Positions 16,532-24,004 of a DNA stretch of 64,000 bases are shown here, piece after piece. Positions within the stretch are counted from its first letter, which is position 1. Each line of letters starts with the position of its first letter. The stretch is taken from positions 1 through 64,000 of the IMG/VR virus record IMGVR_UViG_3300033143_004594. One strand, given 5' to 3'. A program made the position numbers and the translations under genes. The notes below the pieces were generated by a model. The model ran no database searches. It was given only the letters and a program-made list of their open reading frames with translations, and had not been told where the DNA came from. The stretch comes from a virus.

Positions 16532-17536
16532 ATGGATAGAATAAAAGCTACACTTAATTTATCTTTTGATTTTCCGGCCGATTGGGGAGATGATCAGATT
16601 ATAGACCATATAAAGGATGAGGTATTGGGGTTCGGCCGCCGTCATGAACTGGAGCAATACATCGAGATCCTTAACCCGAAAATAAACCCGGCCGACTTCC
16701 TGTATGCGGTTCGACATGAGTCCGCTTTTGGACCTGTCCCCGGCGCGTATATGGGTAAGTTTCACAAGCAGGGAGCGTATGATGGGGTAGATATACTCTG
16801 CTCCTGTAAAGATTGCCGAGCAGCACACGCCTTGGCGAACCTCACGCCTGATAGCCCTCTGAACCAAGCCGACATTGTTGAGACTCCAGACGGGGAGATC
16901 GGCAACGTTTATCAGACCAACCCGGAAGACACGCGGGTTCAGGTTATTCGGCCGTTGCAGACGCTCGTACTAAAATACCCGACCTCAAAAATATTTTTGA
17001 TGGGGATCGATCCTAATATGGCTTGCCCTAATTGTAAACAGGAGCATCAGGCTTGCCCTTGTGGAAACCCGACCTATTGCCCGCCTGATGAACCGGGCGA
17101 ACCCTTCACACGCTGTAATGAGTGCGACGAAGCCATAAAAGCGGCCGAAGTGTTGGGGATTGCTCGGCCGGAGTTGATCATTTTAACCAAAGACGTGACC
17201 CATGTCGGGCGGGACGCCTCTTTGATCGACGTGCCAAGCGGAACTCGGTGCGCTGTAAGAACGCATCTCACTAATGGTCCGGCCGTCTCTCCCCTGAATG
17301 TCCCGGTCCAGGTTCGACAGCTTGTCAAGGGTGAAAGCTACAGAACCAAGGGCGACCACGGGGAAGTCTACATCTACCAGGGGTTCAACATCAAAACCAA
17401 CCGCCATGAATTTATGCCAGAAAAACCAAGCCGTTTTGACGGGGGTGTGGGGGTTCACGAGACCAAGATCCCGACCACGCTCCAGCATCATTTCAAAATA
17501 CAACTTGACCATAGTCAATACAGACCTGCAATTTAA
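16532..17536 (+). CDS. Hypothetical Cys-rich protein
   Basis: ATG preceded by aAAGGAGTAAACGAA. 334 aa. Has a CPNC..C.C...C....C.EC cluster. Confidence 0.8.
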   Translation: MDRIKATLNLSFDFPADWGDDQIIDHIKDEVLGFGRRHELEQYIEILNPKINPADFLYAVRHESAFGPVPGAYMGKFHKQGAYDGVDILCSCKDCRAAHALANLTPDSPLNQADIVETPDGEIGNVYQTNPEDTRVQVIRPLQTLVLKYPTSKIFLMGIDPNMACPNCKQEHQACPCGNPTYCPPDEPGEPFTRCNECDEAIKAAEVLGIARPELIILTKDVTHVGRDASLIDVPSGTRCAVRTHLTNGPAVSPLNVPVQVRQLVKGESYRTKGDHGEVYIYQGFNIKTNRHEFMPEKPSRFDGGVGVHETKIPTTLQHHFKIQLDHSQYRPAI

Positions 17537-17551
17537 TAAGGAGTAAAGCAA

Positions 17552-18499
17552 ATGAATGAATTAATACAGGTAAACGGCGGGCTACAAGTCCTGGTCGATC
17601 TCGTTACCAATGGGAAATCGACCAACACAAAACGGGCCTATGGACGGGCCATCAATGATTATGCTGAGTTTGTCCAAGCTGCCAGCTTCAACGCAAAAAT
17701 GAGCATGGGCGGTTTCACACGGTCAATGGTCATGTTCTATGTCAACCACTTACAAAATGAGGGGTATTCTCCGGCCTCAATTAACCAGCGATTGGCCGCG
17801 CTCCGCTCCTTAGCCAGGGAATTAAGGTACACAGGCGCTCTAAAGGACGATATAGCCAGGGGGATCGGGGAAATTGAGAACGTCCCGGACCGGGGTTCGC
17901 ATGTCGGCCACTGGCTCACCCAGGACGAAGCCAGAGACCTATTAGACGCGCCGGAGCGTGATACGCTCCAGGGGCGACAGGAGCGGCTATTACTGGCTCT
18001 CTTGCTTGGGGTTGGTCTCAGGCGGAGTGAGGCCGCGGATCTCGATTGGGCTCACATTAAGGAGCACGGCGGTAACTTTTTCGTTACCAACATCGTAGGC
18101 AAGCACAACCGGAAGCGGACAATCCCGATCCCCCCGTGGGTTGTGAAGATCCTACTCGACTGGAAGGACGAAACGGCCGCGGCCGGCCTCATTTTGCGGG
18201 CTGTAAGCAAAAGTGACAAACTCGCCGGTCATGTCCGTACCAAAGGTGGGGGAATGACTAACGGCGGGCTATCGGCTCAGGCCGTCTATAAAAAGGTGAA
18301 GCTGCTGGCCGCAAGAGCGCATATCACCGACCTCGGGCCGCATAGCCTACGCCGTACCTACGCCCAACGCCTTTACAAGCAGGGGTGTCCGCTCGATCAG
18401 ATCAGCCTATTCCTTGGTCACAAGAACCTAGAGACCACGGAACTCTATCTCGGGCTGAAAAATGTGGACCTGGAAGATCCCTTTTTCGTGGAATACTAG
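17552..18499 (+). CDS. int: Tyrosine recombinase / phage integrase family
   Basis: ATG preceded by tAAGGAGTAAAGCAA. Has an N-terminal SAM-like core-binding region. Catalytic signature is GLRRSE, HSLRRTYA and LGHKNLETTELY. Confidence 0.9.
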   Translation: MNELIQVNGGLQVLVDLVTNGKSTNTKRAYGRAINDYAEFVQAASFNAKMSMGGFTRSMVMFYVNHLQNEGYSPASINQRLAALRSLARELRYTGALKDDIARGIGEIENVPDRGSHVGHWLTQDEARDLLDAPERDTLQGRQERLLLALLLGVGLRRSEAADLDWAHIKEHGGNFFVTNIVGKHNRKRTIPIPPWVVKILLDWKDETAAAGLILRAVSKSDKLAGHVRTKGGGMTNGGLSAQAVYKKVKLLAARAHITDLGPHSLRRTYAQRLYKQGCPLDQISLFLGHKNLETTELYLGLKNVDLEDPFFVEY

Positions 18500-18511
18500 A
18501 AGGAGCATATC

Positions 18512-19078
18512 ATGAATGAATCAGTAATTATGGACCATTGGCTCAAAACTATCCTGGAGTTCTCACAACTCACGCTTGATCACCGCTTCAAAAAGTGGGC
18601 CAAGTACATCACGGATTGTGACATGGACCGGGATGATGGGTATATGTTTGAAGGGGAATGGATTGGGCCGGGAACAGTCCAAGTACCTACCGGACATCAC
18701 CGTATTATTTTAACCTGTGCGATCTCCGGCTCGAATAAGTACCATTATCGACACTTCCGGGTATTGATCATGAAACCTGATACAACCCTGGAGTTTACAG
18801 ACATATTCACCGATGATCATGACAAGGGTTGGGCGCTCCGCCTGAAACCTGTGATTTGCACCCTTCTGGAAACCCTGGAGCAACGCGATCAAGGCATCCT
18901 CACGCCGCGGGACAGGGTTCATTTGGCCGCTGAAAGTTTTTCTTCCGTTGTGAGCCAGCTACCAGAGGATGAACAAATCAAATGGTTTTCGTGGCTTCTC
19001 CAGGGCAAAGACGATCAATTCCTGCCAAAGGTCGGGGAGATGCTGGTGAAACTCAACAGAGAGGTTAATAATGTTTAG
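18512..19078 (+). CDS. Hypothetical protein
   Basis: SD is gAAGGAGcatatc. 188 aa. Confidence 0.75.
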   Translation: MNESVIMDHWLKTILEFSQLTLDHRFKKWAKYITDCDMDRDDGYMFEGEWIGPGTVQVPTGHHRIILTCAISGSNKYHYRHFRVLIMKPDTTLEFTDIFTDDHDKGWALRLKPVICTLLETLEQRDQGILTPRDRVHLAAESFSSVVSQLPEDEQIKWFSWLLQGKDDQFLPKVGEMLVKLNREVNNV

Positions 19079-19328
19079 AATAATGAGCAAGGGAAGACAG
19101 TCCGGCCAATTAGCATCGTTGGCAACGCTGATCAAAGACGAGTCCGATGTCCAGATACTTGTTGATGAGTTCAATACCAAGCATGGATCTTGGCTGGAGT
19201 TCTCATATCAGGACGCGGCCGATCCTGTCCCCGATGGGGTCATGGAAATTGGCACTGAATTCGCCGTTGAAAAAACCGCCTTGGAAACGGTTTATATAGA
19301 TCCGGTTTACTCGGATGAGGAAGAATAA
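19071..19328 (+). CDS. Hypothetical acidic protein
   Basis: Overlaps the upstream stop. 85 aa. Confidence 0.55.
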   Translation: MFRIMSKGRQSGQLASLATLIKDESDVQILVDEFNTKHGSWLEFSYQDAADPVPDGVMEIGTEFAVEKTALETVYIDPVYSDEEE

Positions 19329-19329
19329 C

Positions 19330-19992
19330 ATGGTTAAAATGGATGTTTATAACACTCGATTGGAAGTAGCGGCCGCAAGAAAGAATATGTGGTTGCACCT
19401 GCTACTTTTTGTGACCGTCCTGTTTGCCTTCTTTGTGGTAGCAAAGCCCTTTGCCAACACGGGGTCACGCTTAGAGACCTTTTACCAGAGTCCCTACTTC
19501 ATGTCAGTGACGGCCGACGGCGGGGTGGAAGTCACCTTACCAACTGACCTGGGTATGCCCAATATTCCCAGCTGCAAAGACCTTGACCCTGAGCTATGTT
19601 CTTGGGACTCCAGGATGAGATCCACCTATGCGGACGGCGAAGAAACCATAGTAATAGAGACTAGCCTAGAAGTGGACGGGGAAGTAATTGGTCAGGGCAT
19701 GTTGATGAGGGTTAGAACAACCACCTTCGAGCAGCTTCTACCGCTGGCTGAGAAGGGCATAGAGTACGGTTGGGTCTCTCATATCATGGTTGATAAGGGG
19801 ATGAGAGGTCAGGGACTCGGCCGACTTCTATGGCAAGCATCAGATGTGATGCTCAAATCTGTTGTTGGCAGCGGCCGGGGTATTCATGTATTTGTTGATC
19901 AGGCAGGTTGGGGACAGGCCATCATGGGGCGGGTCCCGGTTAATGATGTCATCTTCCACCTGAATGACCTTTGGGCTTACATAGTAAGATAA
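19330..19992 (+). CDS. Protein with an N-terminal TM helix and a C-terminal GNAT N-acetyltransferase-like domain
   Basis: The ATG at 19330 is preferred because it follows the upstream stop at 19328. The GNAT motif-A-like sequence is VDKGMRGQGLGRLLW. Confidence 0.6.
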   Translation: MVKMDVYNTRLEVAAARKNMWLHLLLFVTVLFAFFVVAKPFANTGSRLETFYQSPYFMSVTADGGVEVTLPTDLGMPNIPSCKDLDPELCSWDSRMRSTYADGEETIVIETSLEVDGEVIGQGMLMRVRTTTFEQLLPLAEKGIEYGWVSHIMVDKGMRGQGLGRLLWQASDVMLKSVVGSGRGIHVFVDQAGWGQAIMGRVPVNDVIFHLNDLWAYIVR

Positions 19993-20001
19993 GGAGCGAT
20001 T

Positions 20002-20532
20002 ATGACTACACATGACAGTGGCATCGGTGAGATGACCAGGAAAGCAAGGTACTTTGTCTCTCAGCAACGCATTATGGAAAAAATAAATGGCTTGCTGGAC
20101 GCCAACAACCGGGAATTCCGGGTTGTCTCGGGGACAAAAGAGAAGCCTAGTCGATGGCGGAAAAGCCAAGAGCCAAAAGACTCGCGCAAATGGCAGCGCC
20201 AATTGCCCTTGGCTGGTTCGGGGGCTGTAATTATCCAGGAGCGGGGACATCTGGCAACTAAGGTAAAAGTAATTCTATCAGGCAGCGACACGGCCGATCA
20301 GATTGTATTCAAAAGTGCGAACGGCGAAAGAACCGACATCTTTCTTATGGGTCATTGGGTGTGGGCCTTGCAAGAGGAATATAACGCTCAGGCCCATCGA
20401 AACCTGAACCCGGAAATTCTGGAGTATGAAAATACCTTTATGCCATTATGGGATTGGCCCGGAGTCAATGACCCACACGAAACCTTTGATCCGTATCATA
20501 AATTCATGTTGGATCATCCCCCGCCTGAATAA
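20002..20532 (+). CDS. Hypothetical protein
   Basis: SD is tAAGGAGcgatt. 176 aa. Confidence 0.75.
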   Translation: MTTHDSGIGEMTRKARYFVSQQRIMEKINGLLDANNREFRVVSGTKEKPSRWRKSQEPKDSRKWQRQLPLAGSGAVIIQERGHLATKVKVILSGSDTADQIVFKSANGERTDIFLMGHWVWALQEEYNAQAHRNLNPEILEYENTFMPLWDWPGVNDPHETFDPYHKFMLDHPPPE

Positions 20533-20564
20533 TCCCCCAACAAATATGATGCGGCTCTAAAAGT

Positions 20565-20592
20565 GAAAGCCCGGTCCTGTGACCGGGCTTTC
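20565..20592. terminator. Bidirectional terminator hairpin between convergent genes
   Basis: GAAAGCCCGGTC-ctgt-GACCGGGCTTTC. Confidence 0.7.
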
Positions 20593-20638
20593 TGCTCACC
20601 CAACATGGATCAGGATGAGTGTTTGGCGCATTATCAGC

Positions 20639-21856
20639 TTACAATAATTCTTCCTCGGGCACAAGTGCCTTTGGCTTAGTAAGCCAATCATACATTTCCT
20701 GAGCCGTAGTCCCCTTTAGCTTCTGGTCCATAATAATCTTGAATTTCCCGGCCTCAATAACCGCTTGCTGGCTATCAGTGAAGGGGTATTCCTTTAGTCT
20801 GAGCAGGTAGTCAACGACACTGGTCAAGTCATCTTTGACCGTGGCTGCAGCATAAACCACTTTGCCGATGGTGGCATCAGGGGTGTTAAGTCCGGCCCGT
20901 AAAGTGTCCTTATCCAGGTCAGTTTCATACGCGGGTTCAGTGTCCTCGACCTGAATTTCCGCTGCCGGCTGCTCCTGTGGGGCCGACGCCGGCGAATTTT
21001 TGTCCTCTGTTTTGTCCTCTGTTTTGTCCTTTACTAGATCATCGACATGCTGAACCCACGCGATCCACATTTCCGGCTTAGTTTCAGGGCTCACAACATC
21101 CTTAACGCGCTCATACTCTGACTCGGCTTCTTCTGGCAGCAAGCCAAGGCTCTTAGCGCCCCACTTAATCGCTTCGTCCCTGGAATGGAATGAGGAATAG
21201 ATTAGGCGCTCCAGCCGCTCGGCCCCACCTGCCCAATAATTGCCGGGTTCATCATAGAGCGTAAAACCGGTGTTGGCAGGTCGGCCACCAAAATCACGCG
21301 CCTCGACTACCGTTATTCCAAAACGATCCTTCTTACGAAAGAACTCCAAAGACACATTTATGGAAGTTGCAAGGCGGGCCATTTCCACGCCCGAGATCAT
21401 GTCCCGGACCTCAGAGTTTCCCATCCCGTCTATCCCATGTGTCCTGTGGTAACAGTAAAAAATGTCTGTTCCAAATACAGCTATATCCCTGGCCACTGAC
21501 ATAGCATTTGCCTTGTCGATATGTTCACTGGCTTTGTTCTTTGACCTTCCGGCCCTGGCCCGCATGTAGCCAATACGCGCATGAACAGAATACAGCTTCG
21601 TCAAAGAATCAAAGACAACCGTCTTGGCCTCTTTTTCTACTACCAATACCATCAATTCCTCAACCAGGGTCAGGGGATCGATGAACTGTTTTGGATAGAT
21701 AATTTCGCCGTCTGCTAATGGCGCAACCGCTCCAAAGCGGCCGTCAGTATCGACTACAATAGCTGGCCGCCGCACATTAGACCCGAGGAAGGTAGACTTT
21801 CCCGCACCCGCTCCGTCACTAAATAACGCCCAATGCCTACGCTTTAATTTGTTCAT
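20639..21856 (-). CDS. P-loop NTPase (RecA/Sak4-like AAA ATPase) with a long C-terminal extension
   Basis: The ATG at 21856 is preceded by AGGAGAAG, whereas the track start at 21886 is a TTG. Walker A is GAGAGKST and Walker B-like is VVFDSL. VVDTDG resembles the Sak4 family. Confidence 0.6.
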   Translation of the reverse strand: MNKLKRRHWALFSDGAGAGKSTFLGSNVRRPAIVVDTDGRFGAVAPLADGEIIYPKQFIDPLTLVEELMVLVVEKEAKTVVFDSLTKLYSVHARIGYMRARAGRSKNKASEHIDKANAMSVARDIAVFGTDIFYCYHRTHGIDGMGNSEVRDMISGVEMARLATSINVSLEFFRKKDRFGITVVEARDFGGRPANTGFTLYDEPGNYWAGGAERLERLIYSSFHSRDEAIKWGAKSLGLLPEEAESEYERVKDVVSPETKPEMWIAWVQHVDDLVKDKTEDKTEDKNSPASAPQEQPAAEIQVEDTEPAYETDLDKDTLRAGLNTPDATIGKVVYAAATVKDDLTSVVDYLLRLKEYPFTDSQQAVIEAGKFKIIMDQKLKGTTAQEMYDWLTKPKALVPEEELL

Positions 21857-22184
21857 CCACTTCTCCTGTATCCATACGGGATTCAAATAATAGCCCCTGG
21901 CGATACAAACTATCGTCGTCGTAATACTGGATAGCTTGCATTTCTTCCATCAATTTATCTTCATCTATAAACCACGCCATAAGCTGCATCTTCTTAACGA
22001 TCCAACGTAACGCGATTTCCTCACCCGCTTCCTTAACTTTGTGCAACTCCTTAACCGCGATCCTAATATCTACAAGACCTGGGGTATCCTTTTCCCACTT
22101 TTCTACTAGCGCCTTGATCAAGCCGATGTCAGGGTCTTGGCTCAGCATCCATAATAGGGTTGTGACTTGCAGTTCAGATTTCAT
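21837..22184 (-). CDS. Hypothetical protein
   Basis: The ATG at 22184 (MKSELQ) is used. The longer track ORF runs into the divergent promoter region. Confidence 0.55.
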   Translation of the reverse strand: MKSELQVTTLLWMLSQDPDIGLIKALVEKWEKDTPGLVDIRIAVKELHKVKEAGEEIALRWIVKKMQLMAWFIDEDKLMEEMQAIQYYDDDSLYRQGLLFESRMDTGEVDEQIKA

Positions 22185-22226
22185 GACCAGATTGTAGCAA
22201 AACCATGTCCCATAAGCAACCCTGAC

Positions 22227-22255
22227 TTGACAGCAAGTCCCTGTACCGCTAATAT
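22227..22255 (+). promoter_or_regulatory. Strong sigma70-like promoter
   Basis: TTGACA (22227-22232), 17-nt spacer, TAATAT (22250-22255). The ATG of the downstream gene is only ~9 nt after the -10. Confidence 0.6.
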
Positions 22256-22263
22256 TGTGCCTT

Positions 22264-22644
22264 ATGATTGTAAAATACAAGAAGCCAATAAGAAATACTC
22301 GCGTATCAACGAGAATACCGGACGGGCTACTCACACGCATCTATAAATTGGGGGATAAACACTTACCAAAACCGTTCAAAAATGTGTTCATGGAATACAT
22401 CATGGAATTGGGGCTCTCTGCCTATAAAGACGGAAAAATACTCAAACGCAAATATGTGTTCAAAGGGGTGCAGCAACAATTAAACCACGATATGCAAAAG
22501 CATATTGTCCAAGAATTTAAGAAACTATCAGAGGAACATCGTCCCCAAGTAACGCGCCAAGAATTTTTAGCCTTCATCTTGGGCCTCGGAGTCCAGTCCT
22601 ACGAAAAAATCTATAACGAATATGGGTTCAAGAAGGAAAATTGA
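22264..22644 (+). CDS. Putative transcriptional regulator (RHH/Arc-like N-terminus), probably on a leaderless or near-leaderless mRNA
   Basis: ATG at 22264. TRVSTRIPDGLLTRIYKLG resembles an RHH beta-strand plus helix. There is no room for an SD after the -10 box. Confidence 0.45.
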   Translation: MIVKYKKPIRNTRVSTRIPDGLLTRIYKLGDKHLPKPFKNVFMEYIMELGLSAYKDGKILKRKYVFKGVQQQLNHDMQKHIVQEFKKLSEEHRPQVTRQEFLAFILGLGVQSYEKIYNEYGFKKEN

Positions 22645-22868
22645 TGGATTATCCAATTGTTGATTTGACCGCAGACATAGCTGCTCAACATGCCCATCGT
22701 TGGCGGGATAAAGATGATGATTACTGGTTGAAACGGATGGTGCAGGAAGTGGGAGAGTTGGCATCTGTTTTGGCTAATGATCATGATGATACGGTCGAAC
22801 ATGAACTATTTCAGATTGCTAGTATTACTATCAATTGGCTGGATAAAAGGATGAATAATGAAGATTGA
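22641..22868 (+). CDS. MazG-like nucleotide pyrophosphohydrolase domain protein
   Basis: The pattern VQEVGELASVL...EHELFQIASITINWL matches the MazG helix pair (EExGE...ExxD-like). Confidence 0.45.
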   Translation: MMDYPIVDLTADIAAQHAHRWRDKDDDYWLKRMVQEVGELASVLANDHDDTVEHELFQIASITINWLDKRMNNED

Positions 22869-22869
22869 T

Positions 22870-22898
22870 TTGACGCGCTAATAGAAAAGGATTAAGAT
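22870..22898 (+). promoter_or_regulatory. Sigma70-like promoter candidate for the replication operon
   Basis: TTGACG (22870-22875), 17-nt spacer, TAAGAT (22893-22898). Confidence 0.5.
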
Positions 22899-22940
22899 AA
22901 TTTTAGGTCGGTGCCATAATTAACAATCAGGTTCAAGCAG

Positions 22941-23047
22941 AAAACGCCTGCTATGTTCTGTCAGGGGCGGCTTCGGAGACCCCCGACCTCTCCGTTACGC
23001 TCCTTGAACCGGCTTACGCCGCCCCTGACAGAGGGTATCAGGCGTTT
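22941..23047 (+). promoter_or_regulatory. 107-nt nested hairpin ending in a T-run: candidate attenuator, sRNA or origin-like cruciform
   Basis: P1 is AAAACGCCTG/CAGGCGTTTT. P2 is CTGTCAGGGGCGG/CCGCCCCTGACAG. P3 is CGGAGA/TCTCCG. TTTTT follows. Confidence 0.55.
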
Positions 23048-23065
23048 TTGTATCAGGAGACCACA

Positions 23066-24004
23066 ATGAGCATTCAAATGATGACCTTGGTCTACCAGTC
23101 GGGATTAGGAAAAAGTCAGAAGTCCGTTGCCCTGGCTTATGCTGACCACGCGGACGATGAGGGGCGAAACATTTATCCATCTGTAGAATACATGGCTTGG
23201 AAAACAGGCTACTCAGAAAGACAGATACAACGAGTTACCAAAGAACTCCTGGCCGACAGAATTTTAATCAGAGAAGGAGTCGGCCAACACGGAACAAATA
23301 AATTCCGCCTCTCAGCCGACAGACTTCCCAAAAGACCCCCATTCAGACCCGAAACCGAAAACCCATATATGGGGGGTGACAAAATGTCACCCCCGACATT
23401 TACGACACCAAAAATGTCGTCAATGTCACCCGATCCATCAGTTAATCTTTATAAAGAAAAGGAAACTAACTTTAACTGGATGGAAATACCGGTAGATATG
23501 GATTTGCTTGATGATGGGGCCGAACTTCTTCAACAAATGACTTCTGAGATTGCTGGCACTTGCAAGGGGCATTGTAATCCCTTTGATGAGCGCGATCCTA
23601 TGGTTAGGGCAGCGGCAACCCTCGTTATGCACAGTCGAACGCCTGAGCAGGTTCATAGCTTCCGGGACTGGTGGAAGGAAAACGGTCACTATGAAGGAAA
23701 GCCAGCCGTTAAATCTCTGCTCGATGAGTTAGAGAATTGTATTGACGAGATCCAGATTGACAGGAGCAATCGGCCGGACCAAGAAACAAATCAGGCTTGG
23801 GCCGAAATGTTAGAGTGGCGGGGCAAAAAAAGGAACGCCGTGGATTTCACCTCACCTGTAACGCAAAACGTGATAGGGCGTATGGGTGAAAGCAGATTCA
23901 GAAACATGGGGAAGCACAATGAGAAAACGATAGAAAGAGAGTTCAAACAACTATTCACAGCACTAAGGAGTGAGCGAAATGAGTCAAGGATCACCACAGG
24001 ATGA
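23066..24004 (+). CDS. Replication protein with an N-terminal winged-helix/HTH domain (DnaB-loader/initiator-like)
   Basis: The ATG at 23066 follows AGGAGA. The N-terminus KSVALAYADHADDEGRNIYPSVEYMAWKTGYSERQIQRVTKEL is typical of HTH_36-type phage replication proteins. Sits immediately upstream of dnaB. Confidence 0.65.
   Translation: MSIQMMTLVYQSGLGKSQKSVALAYADHADDEGRNIYPSVEYMAWKTGYSERQIQRVTKELLADRILIREGVGQHGTNKFRLSADRLPKRPPFRPETENPYMGGDKMSPPTFTTPKMSSMSPDPSVNLYKEKETNFNWMEIPVDMDLLDDGAELLQQMTSEIAGTCKGHCNPFDERDPMVRAAATLVMHSRTPEQVHSFRDWWKENGHYEGKPAVKSLLDELENCIDEIQIDRSNRPDQETNQAWAEMLEWRGKKRNAVDFTSPVTQNVIGRMGESRFRNMGKHNEKTIEREFKQLFTALRSERNESRITTG

Noticed and set aside
16453-18511. attP site adjacent to the integrase
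   Set aside because: The flanking intergenic gaps are only 12-15 nt. The 79-bp gap at 16453-16531 contains a promoter-like element but no recognisable arm-type or core repeats. attP cannot be called from this window.
1-20000. GATC surplus explained by the cyanobacterial HIP1 octamer GCGATCGC
   Set aside because: While scanning I did not notice an exact GCGATCGC. GATC occurs in many different contexts (GAGATC, GATCGG, TGATCA...), so the enrichment is not HIP1. This needs computational confirmation.
22995-23180. Minus-strand ORF across the structured leader element
   Set aside because: It runs antisense through the 107-nt hairpin and the start of the replication gene. It has no RBS and is 61 aa of Arg/Pro-rich sequence.
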